The notes under the pieces were generated by a model. That model was not told the DNA's origin and searched no databases. It saw only the letters and a program-made list of their open reading frames with translations. Position numbers and translations under genes: made by a program. From positions 1 to 15,913 of the forward strand of contig JBHLLP010000059.1 of assembly GCA_048885525.1 (NCBI GenBank): DNA of 15,913 nt, in the 5' to 3' direction. The DNA is from Candidatus Hermodarchaeota archaeon. GTDB taxonomy: Archaea; Asgardarchaeota; Lokiarchaeia; Sigyniarchaeales; SOKP01. Of this stretch, positions 1-8,706 are shown piece after piece (position 1 is the first letter of the stretch; each line of letters opens with the position of its first letter).

Positions 1-61
1 TTCATACTCTTGATAATTTGTTAATAATGGGTAATTTTTTATTGTTTGCTTTGTTATTTAA

Positions 62-78
62 ACAAAAGTTTATTTAAG
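62..78 (+). promoter_or_regulatory. Putative archaeal BRE/TATA promoter for the 145..3276 operon
   Basis: Purine-rich ACAAAAG immediately followed by TTTATTTA (69-76); AAGGAG SD-like site at about 128-133 ahead of ATG 145. The AT-rich background limits specificity. Confidence 0.4.
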
Positions 79-144
79 CAAATGTGAAATTATTCACTTA
101 TAGTTAACTAAGATAATTGAGTAGATTAAGGAGATCAGCACTAC

Positions 145-1335
145 ATGATATTATCCTTCCCGAACATGGGTCCTAATTGGGTAGCATTTAAGACACTTTT
201 CGAACAGCTTGATCCATCGATTAAAATTGTGATTCCAGACCCAACTAACCGTGAAGCTATCAAAGTTGGTGTAAAATATAGTCCTGAGTTTGTTTGTTTC
301 CCTTTTAAAGCAACATTAGGAGATTTTGTTAATGCTATTAAAAAGGGTGCCGACACTTTAGTGATGGCCATCGATTGCGGACCATGTAGATTTGGATTTT
401 ATCATGCCGTACAAGAACGGCTTTTACATGATATGGGTTACAAACATGTGAGAGTAATTCCATTAGATCAAGCAGATTTATTAGAATTCCATTGGGTTAA
501 AACTCTACAAGAAGTTAGTGGTAAGAGTGGGCTTTTTGCTTATCCTAGATTCGTGAAAGGCGTGATTTTTTTCTTGAAAAAAGCAAAACTATTACAAGAT
601 ATTCAGACTGCAGAAGGTTTATTCCGTGCCTATGAAAGAAATCAAGGAGATACTACTGAAGTTTTGAATAGTATATTAAATAAGCTTGATCAAGCTAATA
701 CACTCAAGGAACTCCGGAATTTCAAGAAGGTAATCAAAGAAGATTTTAACAGAATTGATGTTGATAAAACTCGAACTCCTTTACGGGTAGCAATCTTTGG
801 TGAGATTCATATAAGTTTAGAGCCGTATGTGAATGTAGATATCAGACGTAAACTTGGAGAAATGGGTGTGGAGATACACCAAAATTTAAGTTTATGGGAT
901 TGGGTTTCACATAAGTTCCACTTGAATTATCATCGCAGGTGGTTAGAATATTTAGCACGTCCATATATTCCAATGGATATCGGTGGAGAGTGCCAATGGG
1001 TGCTCGGAGAGTATATAGACCGAGCACAAAGCGGTTTTGATGGTTCCGTTCATTGTTATCCCTTTACTTGTATGCCAGAGGTTACGGCGCGAACTATTAT
1101 AACAAATAAACTTAAAAAGATATACGATCTTCCAATAATATTCTTTTCCTTTGATGAACATTCTGGAACTGAGGGAATGAGGACAAGATTAGAAGCCTTT
1201 GTAGATCTAATGGATTCAAGACGTAAGCATAAATTGGGAATTGAACAAATTTCCCTTGAAGAACAAAAAACTAATTTTTATAAATCTAATGGGTCACATT
1301 TTTTTCAAGAATGTATTCAATTAATTCAGACATAA
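145..1335 (+). CDS. 2-hydroxyacyl-CoA dehydratase-like / CoA-activase partner protein (COG3581-type)
   Basis: N-terminal FPNMG, SPEFVCFPFKATLG, GPCRFGFY, GEIHI, PFTCMPE and the C-terminal FDEHSGTEGMRTRLEAFVD motif; sits directly upstream of an ASKHA activase. Confidence 0.85.
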   Translation: MILSFPNMGPNWVAFKTLFEQLDPSIKIVIPDPTNREAIKVGVKYSPEFVCFPFKATLGDFVNAIKKGADTLVMAIDCGPCRFGFYHAVQERLLHDMGYKHVRVIPLDQADLLEFHWVKTLQEVSGKSGLFAYPRFVKGVIFFLKKAKLLQDIQTAEGLFRAYERNQGDTTEVLNSILNKLDQANTLKELRNFKKVIKEDFNRIDVDKTRTPLRVAIFGEIHISLEPYVNVDIRRKLGEMGVEIHQNLSLWDWVSHKFHLNYHRRWLEYLARPYIPMDIGGECQWVLGEYIDRAQSGFDGSVHCYPFTCMPEVTARTIITNKLKKIYDLPIIFFSFDEHSGTEGMRTRLEAFVDLMDSRRKHKLGIEQISLEEQKTNFYKSNGSHFFQECIQLIQT

Positions 1336-1371
1336 AAATGGTGAAAAAAAATAGTACTAGTTTCGGATAAA

Positions 1372-2373
1372 GTGGCTAAAGAAGAGGGAAAGCTTGATGC
1401 CTTTCTTGGAATTGATATAGGAAGTGTTACATGCAAATTTGTTTTAATGGATATGGACGGAAACGTTCTTACTAGTGTTTTTTTACGTAATCGAGGTTCT
1501 CCTATTGAATCCGCTAAAGCAGGCATGGAAGATTTACGATTAAAAATTGAACAAGATGAGCAACTCCAAGAATATGCAATAAGGTGCTGTGGAACTACAG
1601 GTTCAGCGAGGTATTTAACAAAAGCAATTGTTGGTGGAGATCTTGCGAAAACTGAAATTATCGCACATGCAGTTGCAACTCAATCCTTATATCCAGATGT
1701 AAGTACTATTTTAGAGATTGGAGGGCAGGATTCAAAAATTATTATTTTACGTGATGGTATAATAGTAGATTTTGCGATGAACTCTGTATGTGCCGCAGGG
1801 ACAGGATCATTTCTTGACCATCAAGCCTCAAGATTAGGAATCCCAATCGAACAATTTGGAGATTATGCGGTAAAATCAAAAAATCCTGTAAGTATTGCGG
1901 GGAGATGTACAGTATTTGCAGAATCCGATATGATCCACAAACAAAATGCAGGATATTCTAAGGAAGATATAATCGCAGGTTTATGCGACTCATTAGTTAG
2001 GAACTATATGAATAACTTGTCAAAAGGGAAAGAATTAAACGAACCAATTGTTTTTCAAGGGGGAGTATCATATAATAAGGGGATAATACAAGCTTTTGAA
2101 AGACATTTGGGATGCGAAATAATCGTCCCGAAATATAATGTTTTAATGGGAGCCTTAGGAATGGCTATTCTTGTTAGAGATTATTATTTAGACCATCAAA
2201 AGGAAACTTTATTCCGGGGTCTTAACGTAGGAGATTTGGAATTCAAAACATCCACTTTCCATTGCGGAGATTGTCCAAACAATTGTGAGGTGGTACAAGT
2301 TCGCTTAAAAGAAGAGGAAAACAAGGTTATTGCCCGTTGGGGCAGTAGATGCGGAAAATGGGAGGTATTTTAA
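1372..2373 (+). CDS. CoA-substrate-specific enzyme activase (HgdC/BcrAD/BadFG ASKHA ATPase, [4Fe-4S])
   Basis: GIDIGSVTCK, TTGSAR, EIGGQDSK, MNSVCAAGTGSFL, RCTVFAES, FQGGV and C-terminal CGDCPNNC...GSRC. The start may be ATA at 1351 rather than GTG 1372. Confidence 0.92.
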   Translation: MAKEEGKLDAFLGIDIGSVTCKFVLMDMDGNVLTSVFLRNRGSPIESAKAGMEDLRLKIEQDEQLQEYAIRCCGTTGSARYLTKAIVGGDLAKTEIIAHAVATQSLYPDVSTILEIGGQDSKIIILRDGIIVDFAMNSVCAAGTGSFLDHQASRLGIPIEQFGDYAVKSKNPVSIAGRCTVFAESDMIHKQNAGYSKEDIIAGLCDSLVRNYMNNLSKGKELNEPIVFQGGVSYNKGIIQAFERHLGCEIIVPKYNVLMGALGMAILVRDYYLDHQKETLFRGLNVGDLEFKTSTFHCGDCPNNCEVVQVRLKEEENKVIARWGSRCGKWEVF

Positions 2374-2377
2374 GATT

Positions 2378-2572
2378 ATGTCAGAATTTATCAAACAAAT
2401 GCGAGAATTGGGTGAAGAATTTCTAGAAACCCTTAAACATAAAACTAAGTTAAGTACGATTTTTGACCTTTATACAGAAAAGATAATACCCACATTTGTT
2501 TCAGAAAAAGATTTGAAAGATTATTATGAAAAAAGAATGGAAGAGGTTAATGATTTTATAGATAAATTATGA
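2378..2572 (+). CDS. Small acidic helical hypothetical protein (64 aa)
   Basis: In-frame ATG at 2378, 4 nt after the activase stop, with GGAGGT at 2361-2366; it fills the gap inside the operon. Preferred over the overlapping TTG start at 2330. Confidence 0.7.
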   Translation: MSEFIKQMRELGEEFLETLKHKTKLSTIFDLYTEKIIPTFVSEKDLKDYYEKRMEEVNDFIDKL

Positions 2573-2589
2573 TAAGAGGTAAATAAAAA

Positions 2590-3276
2590 ATGAGTGAAAG
2601 TTCAAGTACAGAAATAAAGGATGAGGGAGATAAAATAAATCCTAAAGTCATAGCTACTGATTTCCTTTATGCTGCAGTAAAAGGTTTAAGTGGTTTATTT
2701 TTTAAGGCATTTATGGATTTAAAAATTGAAGGTAAAGAAAATATTCCATTTAGAGGAAAAGCAATATTAACAACAGTCACACCCAACATAATTCGTGATA
2801 TGTTAATCATAGCACAAGTATCAGGGCGAAAAATTCATTTCATGCTTGATCCAAAATTAATGAAGCATCAAATTGCTGGACCAGTTTTAAAGAGTCTTGG
2901 TATGATTCGAGGTACTGAAAGTAAAGAAGATACTGAACCAATTGAGAAAATTTTTGAAATACTTAATGAGAAAGGTGATCTTGTAGGCATGACACCCGAA
3001 GCAAAGCATGATCGTGAGGTACAGATAAAGTCGATGGCAGCAATAATAAAATTTGCAATTGCAGGCGATGCTCCAATTATACCAATAGCAATTACAACAG
3101 AAAAAACTAAAATATTGAATATGTTTACTGGAGATGGCTTAAAAGTTAAAATTGGATCACCTTTACTTGTCGAGAAAAGGTTAAATCGAGAAAAATATCG
3201 AGCTGAACGCTATGAGCTAGCGGAAGACATTATAAATATTATTGAATCTTTAAAAGAAATACCCGAATCTGAATAA
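2590..3276 (+). CDS. PlsC/lysophospholipid acyltransferase-fold protein, catalytically degenerate
   Basis: KIEGKENIP..GKAIL, RKIHFM, PE, APIIPIAI and VKIGSPL match the LPLAT blocks; the NHxxxxD motif reads TPNIIRD (no His). GAGGT SD site upstream. Confidence 0.8.
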   Translation: MSESSSTEIKDEGDKINPKVIATDFLYAAVKGLSGLFFKAFMDLKIEGKENIPFRGKAILTTVTPNIIRDMLIIAQVSGRKIHFMLDPKLMKHQIAGPVLKSLGMIRGTESKEDTEPIEKIFEILNEKGDLVGMTPEAKHDREVQIKSMAAIIKFAIAGDAPIIPIAITTEKTKILNMFTGDGLKVKIGSPLLVEKRLNREKYRAERYELAEDIINIIESLKEIPESE

Positions 3277-3328
3277 CACACTAATAATTAAATTATATTT
3301 TTTTAACTTATTTTTAATATATTTTTAG

Positions 3329-4300
3329 TTAATTTACTATTGTGAAATTAATTGTTAGAAATGAAATAAGAAGCAATATTAGTACTATTCCGTCTTTCCA
3401 TACTAAGTTTTGCTTTTTTGATATAAAATTAAAATAGACTATTAATATTACTAATAAGAACCAATTCCAAAATAAGATCCACAGGAATTGGAGATTTATA
3501 ATAAAAATAGCACTAATTCCAAAACTAAGGGTCAAATTCCATATGACTTTTCCAATCATCCCTCCCAAACCGATTTCGACGCTCTTTTTCTTTATAGATT
3601 TTATAACTAAAGTTAATTCTTCTACATTTGTTATAAATGCAATTATAACGAGTCCAAAGAAGGTTTCTGGAATTTTAGTCTGAATTATAATTCGTTCTGA
3701 AGCAAAAATTAATAATTCGCCTCCCAGGAAAATAGATATAAAGCTAATTATGATTAAAATGATTTTTTTACTTTTCAATTCTACTTTAGGTTCTTGGGTG
3801 TCAGTAATATTTTTATTAAGATTTTCGGTTGAACTAAATTCAATAGAACTTACTTTTGAAGACTGTTTCATATTCCTAATTAAATATACGAAGTATAGGA
3901 TAATAGTAATAATTCCGATAAATAATATTCCAGAATTAACTATTATTCCAAGAAGGATTAAAGAAAGGCAAGTATATAACAATAAAAAGTAAAATTGAGA
4001 AATTGAGTTAAAATCAATTTTATAGAAAAAAGCTGGAATAGCAAAACTTATTGTTAATGCAAATATTGAATTACCAATGACATTTCCTACCGCGAGGTAG
4101 GAAAGTCCATTAATAGCAGCAATGATCGAAGCAATCGATTCTTCTGGATCAATGCCAAGGATTATTGCTCCAATAATAAAAGGGGATATTCTATAAAGTA
4201 TACAGACTTCTTTTAAATTATCTATAAAGACATCTGCAGCAAAATATATTATTAAATAACCGATAATGAATAATAGAATTGAAAAGATAATGTCTAACAT
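3329..4300 (-). CDS. Na+/Ca2+ exchanger family (CaCA, YrbG-like) membrane protein with divergent alpha-repeats
   Basis: Two homologous 5-TM halves: ISPFIIGAIILGIDPEE...AVGNVIGNS and IPETFFGLVIIAFITNVEE...GLGGMIG, joined by a hydrophilic linker. Confidence 0.85.
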   Translation of the reverse strand: MLDIIFSILLFIIGYLIIYFAADVFIDNLKEVCILYRISPFIIGAIILGIDPEESIASIIAAINGLSYLAVGNVIGNSIFALTISFAIPAFFYKIDFNSISQFYFLLLYTCLSLILLGIIVNSGILFIGIITIILYFVYLIRNMKQSSKVSSIEFSSTENLNKNITDTQEPKVELKSKKIILIIISFISIFLGGELLIFASERIIIQTKIPETFFGLVIIAFITNVEELTLVIKSIKKKSVEIGLGGMIGKVIWNLTLSFGISAIFIINLQFLWILFWNWFLLVILIVYFNFISKKQNLVWKDGIVLILLLISFLTINFTIVN

Positions 4301-4395
4301 TCTAAATCATTTTTACTTTATCAAAAATTATTATAATATTCAGCGAATAAAAAATTCACCTCCTTAACTAAAATAAAATGGGAAAATCTATACCT

Positions 4396-4409
4396 AAATG
4401 CTTTATAAT
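4396..4409 (+). promoter_or_regulatory. Putative TATA box for a leaderless transcript of 4437..4793
   Basis: AAATGC followed by TTTATAA (4402-4408), about 30 nt upstream of the ATG; no SD site present. Confidence 0.35.
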
Positions 4410-4436
4410 CTAATTAGACTATAAAATTCATAAAGA

Positions 4437-4793
4437 ATGGTTTTTCAAATGAATATTAAAAAAATTAGTTTAAACGTAAAAGATGTTGTCATTGATGTAG
4501 TTTTATGTCCAAAAACTAATTTATACTTACAAAGTTTTTATTGTCATCGATGTGGTTACTTTAATTTTGATAATAAGACTTCTATTAATTGTTATTATAA
4601 AAAACCCGTAGAATGCAATTCGGAGCAGCAAAAAGACAAACTAATAAAGATATTCTCAGAGATTAAAAATAAGAAGATTAAATCTCTCCAATTAGGCGAT
4701 AAAGAAATTACAGAAGATGAAATAAATATTGAAATTCTCAGAGCAGAACTTTTACAAGCGTTAAGGAAGAAGAACGATTATATTCAAATATAA
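4437..4793 (+). CDS. Hypothetical protein with a putative 4-Cys metal-binding site
   Basis: CPKT...YCHRCGYF...INC followed by a charged helical C-terminus; occupies otherwise non-coding space. Confidence 0.7.
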   Translation: MVFQMNIKKISLNVKDVVIDVVLCPKTNLYLQSFYCHRCGYFNFDNKTSINCYYKKPVECNSEQQKDKLIKIFSEIKNKKIKSLQLGDKEITEDEINIEILRAELLQALRKKNDYIQI

Positions 4794-4820
4794 ATGCTTC
4801 ATGTAGATTTCAACTCGTGA

Positions 4821-5432
4821 TTAATTATTCCAATGTATAAAAATTTGGAATTTAAAATCTTTTCCTTTGTACTTACCATCACTTATTGCAGAGAATTCAA
4901 ATCCATTATGCTCATGCCAATAAACTGAAGCTTTATTAAAAAGTGGTTTTTCTACAATAAAAGCAACAATGGGGTTATCTACTTCTTCTAAAACTTTTTG
5001 AAAAATAGCAGTACCTATACCTTTACGTTTAAATTCAGGTAATATGCTTATTTGGTCTAAATATGCAAATTCTTTTTCTTTATTAAGAAGTAGTTCTTTT
5101 GTTTTGTCATTTTCAAAATAAAGATTGCCAATAACATCCCGAACTTGTACTACATCATACTTTTTTTTATGAATAGTAGCAAATCCAATGATTTTTCTAT
5201 TTTCGTCTTTTGCAACAAAAATGTGAGTATCAATATCTTTAATTAGATTTTCATAATATTCTATTCCTACTTCTTTGCGTAAAAAACCCTGTTCTTCTAA
5301 TTTTTGTTTTTCTTCTTCATCAATTTTTTCAAGATCTCTTATTTCCACTAGATTTTGCCTTAATACATTATGAATACCCGCAGAATCTTCTAAACTTGCA
5401 ATCCCGATATTAATAATTAATTTCTCTGTCAT
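4821..5432 (-). CDS. GNAT family N-acetyltransferase
   Basis: Motif A YLDQISILPEFKRKGIGTAIF, IIGFA strand and motif B NKASVYWHEHNGF. Confidence 0.9.
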   Translation of the reverse strand: MTEKLIINIGIASLEDSAGIHNVLRQNLVEIRDLEKIDEEEKQKLEEQGFLRKEVGIEYYENLIKDIDTHIFVAKDENRKIIGFATIHKKKYDVVQVRDVIGNLYFENDKTKELLLNKEKEFAYLDQISILPEFKRKGIGTAIFQKVLEEVDNPIVAFIVEKPLFNKASVYWHEHNGFEFSAISDGKYKGKDFKFQIFIHWNN

Positions 5433-5570
5433 CTTTCTTAGTTACTCTATAAATAAAATTATTTTTAATTTGTCTATAAATAAAGTATTCACTTAACTTT
5501 TTAATAAAATGAGATTATTTTAAATTTTTGAGAAATATAGTATATTATATAATTATTACAAGGGACATTT

Positions 5571-6968
5571 ATGACATTTTTGACATCTGAAGGGGAATAT
5601 ACATTTAAAGTAACGTTAGTATTTTGGAAATTTTTTGAACTGGGCAAGTATTTTAAATTACCTAAATTAAGAGAATACTTGGAAAATGAAGGTTCATTAA
5701 AACTATATAAGAAATATCATTGCCAAATGAAACACCCTGTTACTGGAGAGAAATGTCATCAACCATTAAAATGGATTTCTAGTCAATCTCAACACTATGC
5801 CCCCATCTGCTTTAAAATTGAAAGATCTCAAATGTTTTCATCTGCGATAAATAAAAATATTACTGGAAAAATTAGGTTAGAAGGACATATACATTATGGA
5901 TCTGTACTTGTTATCCATTGTGAAATGATATTCGATAACTATCATACTATTGAAGATTTTATAGAGATTTCGCAACCAAGAAATATCATTCTTGGAAATA
6001 ATAATAGAACTATTAATGAAAGATTCATTGAAATAAGAGATGATGTAATAAATCGACTTTCTAAAGGAAATTTTCCAGATAAACCAAAATTGGAATCTGT
6101 CTTGGAACCATGGCATCATACTTGGATAATCTGGGATGCAAAACCCGATTTTAATAAGGCAGATTATCGTTTTATAGGGAATGAAATAGGTAAAAATGCT
6201 CATTATTCTATTGGACTTACATTAAGAACTGATAAATATCGTGAATTAGATCCAATTGCGTATAGAGATCAAATTAATCTTAAAAATCTAAGTCCTTATA
6301 AAGACGAATTCGTAATGATAACTCATGCAGGAAATGTGGTAATCCCTGGTCCGGGTCTACTTGATCCTGATTCTATGAAAAATTTGTTTATTGACACGCT
6401 TTTTGCTCCCGAAGTGGGAAATGTACAGAGGTTTCTTATACTAATGCACATGGAAAATATCCTTGTTGTTGCCGAGAAATTCGATAAGATTATCTCAGAA
6501 ACTAGAGCAATTCAAGAGAATCTCACATTGAATGAAAAAATTGATAAATTAGAAAAATTAGAAACTGAACTAAATAGAATCATACTTGAATTAAATGAAG
6601 ATATAATATTATCAAAAATTACTCGGTTATTATTTACAAGCACATTTAAAACAAGCATGTTTAATGAACAGATTGATAAACTAGATGGTTTTACTTTTTC
6701 AAAAGCAACTGATGATGTTATTACTAGAATTAGAAAAACATTAAATAGACAAAGAAACACTCTTAATACTAAATCAGCATCAATAGAAAATAAATTTTTA
6801 GCAATCTTAAATTATCTTGCTGTATTTGAGATAGCAATTTTAGTAATTTCCTTAGCATTAGACGATTTATTCGGTGGTACATATTGGGGTATCGTGCAGA
6901 TAATAATAGCGATTTCTATTGTAATTTTCGCATTTGCAGTTTACAGATGGCAAGAAACGAAGTTATAA
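5571..6968 (+). CDS. Hypothetical membrane-anchored protein (soluble alpha/beta region, long coiled helices, 2 C-terminal TM helices; CorA/RMD1-like architecture)
   Basis: 465-aa ORF; heptad-like EKIDKLEKLETELNRIILEL; hydrophobic FLAILNYLAVFEIAILVISLAL and WGIVQIIIAISIVIFAFAVY. No GMN motif. Confidence 0.65.
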   Translation: MTFLTSEGEYTFKVTLVFWKFFELGKYFKLPKLREYLENEGSLKLYKKYHCQMKHPVTGEKCHQPLKWISSQSQHYAPICFKIERSQMFSSAINKNITGKIRLEGHIHYGSVLVIHCEMIFDNYHTIEDFIEISQPRNIILGNNNRTINERFIEIRDDVINRLSKGNFPDKPKLESVLEPWHHTWIIWDAKPDFNKADYRFIGNEIGKNAHYSIGLTLRTDKYRELDPIAYRDQINLKNLSPYKDEFVMITHAGNVVIPGPGLLDPDSMKNLFIDTLFAPEVGNVQRFLILMHMENILVVAEKFDKIISETRAIQENLTLNEKIDKLEKLETELNRIILELNEDIILSKITRLLFTSTFKTSMFNEQIDKLDGFTFSKATDDVITRIRKTLNRQRNTLNTKSASIENKFLAILNYLAVFEIAILVISLALDDLFGGTYWGIVQIIIAISIVIFAFAVYRWQETKL

Positions 6969-7034
6969 AGATACAATTTATTTCTTTTGTTTATCTTAAT
7001 TAGAATGTCAGAACTCTAGAAAAAAAGAATCATT

Positions 7035-8186
7035 ATGGTAGATTTTATCAAAATAAAAGGCAGCCCTACTGAGCGAGGTTTCCAACAAGGAGAACAATTA
7101 AATGACAAAATTCATAATATGTTCGATATTGTCTTTCACTCAAAAATGTTTTCAGAAGTCACATCAAAATTAATTCCTCTCTCAATAATTAAACTTGGTT
7201 TAGGTATAATGGGTAAAAAGAACATAAAGAAGTATTTACAAAAACTCATTCCTAATCAATATGAGAAAATGATTTCAATAGGTAAAGCAGCTTCTATAAA
7301 AAGATATATCCTTCATGGAACTCACTTTATCGAAGTTATGTCAGGAGATCCAAAATCTATATATAAAAATCCTCCTGTTCAAGCTTGTTCAATGATATTT
7401 GCACTTCCTGAAGCAACATCAGATAATTCAATGATATTTGGACGAAATTATGATTTTCCTAACGTTCTTCAACCATTTCAAGTAGTTCGAGAAGAAGTGC
7501 CAGATGATGGTTATAAAAATATAAATTTTACCCAATATCCTCTTTCAGGGTGTCATATGGGTTTAAATGAAAAAGGGTTAGTAATAGGATATAATTATGG
7601 TCGTTCTTGGAAGACTGATCCACTTGATTTCAGATTGAAGGGAGTTCCTGGTACATTTTTAGTACAAGAAATGCTTGAAACTTGTAAGACAACACAAGAA
7701 GCTGTTAAATTTATTACTAACTTTACCAGTCGTTCAAACGGATGTCATTATGGATTTATGGATGCTTCAGGAGATACTTGTGTTGTTGAAACTACAAGTA
7801 CTCGCCACGCAATTCGAAGACCTACTGATGGTGTCTTAGCTCATACAAACCATTACCAAACTGAGGAATTAAAAGATGCTAATTTACCCGATTATATACG
7901 TTTTAAAATGGATGATATGGATATAAATCCTATTGAATCTCCAATAAGACGTTATCAGAGAGAATATAAATTACTGAAAAAATTCCAAGGGCAAATTAAC
8001 ATGGAAATTATTAAAAATATTTTGAGTGATCATGATAATCGAGAACCGGATGATTTCACAGTCTGTACACATGGACCTGCTGCAGGAACCTTGGGATCTA
8101 TTATTGTGTCTCCAACTAAAAAGGAGTTTTGGGTTACTGACAATCATCCTTGTAGTTCTGAATATGAAAGGTTTATCTTAAAATAA
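7035..8186 (+). CDS. C45 family autoproteolytic acyltransferase/peptidase (Ntn-hydrolase)
   Basis: GSPTERGFQQG N-terminus, ACS nucleophile followed by GRNYDF, GLNEKGL, HTNHY and CTHG. Confidence 0.9.
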   Translation: MVDFIKIKGSPTERGFQQGEQLNDKIHNMFDIVFHSKMFSEVTSKLIPLSIIKLGLGIMGKKNIKKYLQKLIPNQYEKMISIGKAASIKRYILHGTHFIEVMSGDPKSIYKNPPVQACSMIFALPEATSDNSMIFGRNYDFPNVLQPFQVVREEVPDDGYKNINFTQYPLSGCHMGLNEKGLVIGYNYGRSWKTDPLDFRLKGVPGTFLVQEMLETCKTTQEAVKFITNFTSRSNGCHYGFMDASGDTCVVETTSTRHAIRRPTDGVLAHTNHYQTEELKDANLPDYIRFKMDDMDINPIESPIRRYQREYKLLKKFQGQINMEIIKNILSDHDNREPDDFTVCTHGPAAGTLGSIIVSPTKKEFWVTDNHPCSSEYERFILK

Positions 8187-8217
8187 AAAATAAAAAAGAA
8201 GTAAAAGAAAATAAGTT

Positions 8218-8706
8218 TTAATATCTTGTTCTTGTAGCTTGAATCCGAAGTTTTGCTTTAGTATTTTCTTTACTATCTTGTAAAATAACATATTCCGTTT
8301 TTGATGGCAATTTTATTTCAAATTCTTGTTCAGCAATCGTTTCATCCTTTTTCATATGATCTCTTTCTCTTAGAATTACCTTGATTCTTTGTACAGCGGG
8401 CTCATCAACTCTTACTGTTTTGAATTGGCTCCAGAGGGACATATCAGCTTTACTGGTAAATTCTTGATTTCTTTGTAACTTTATAGTGCCTTTATTCGGC
8501 CATCGGGCTTTAAATGTTTTAGGACCATCCACCTTAAAGTAGAATTCTCCACGCCATCCAAAAATATCATAATCTTTTAGTGTTTTTAAGCTCATCAATT
8601 CTATACTGATTAAATAACGTTCTTTTTCCTCTCCTACTTGATCCTGTTCGAAGGATTGATCTTTTGCATAAGTTTTTTTAGATTTCGCATAATAACGCCT
8701 AGGAAT
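8218..8706 (-). CDS. C2-domain-like beta-sandwich protein (about 162 aa if started at ATT 8706)
   Basis: The frame stays open 36 codons upstream of the track start at 8598, up to ATT CCT AGG, with AGGTGA 7 nt upstream. KDYDIFGWRGEFYFKV and IKVILRERDHMKKDETIA resemble C2 loops 1 and 3. Confidence 0.6.
   Translation of the reverse strand: MPRRYYAKSKKTYAKDQSFEQDQVGEEKERYLISIELMSLKTLKDYDIFGWRGEFYFKVDGPKTFKARWPNKGTIKLQRNQEFTSKADMSLWSQFKTVRVDEPAVQRIKVILRERDHMKKDETIAEQEFEIKLPSKTEYVILQDSKENTKAKLRIQATRTRY

Noticed and set aside
141-1526. Minus-strand ORFs 141..371, 842..1027, 952..1161 and 1326..1526
   Set aside because: Antisense shadows of well-supported dehydratase-like and activase genes; no motifs.
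2330-2377. TTG start at 2330 for the small ORF
   Set aside because: Overlaps the conserved activase C-terminus; ATG 2378 with an upstream GGAGGT is more plausible.
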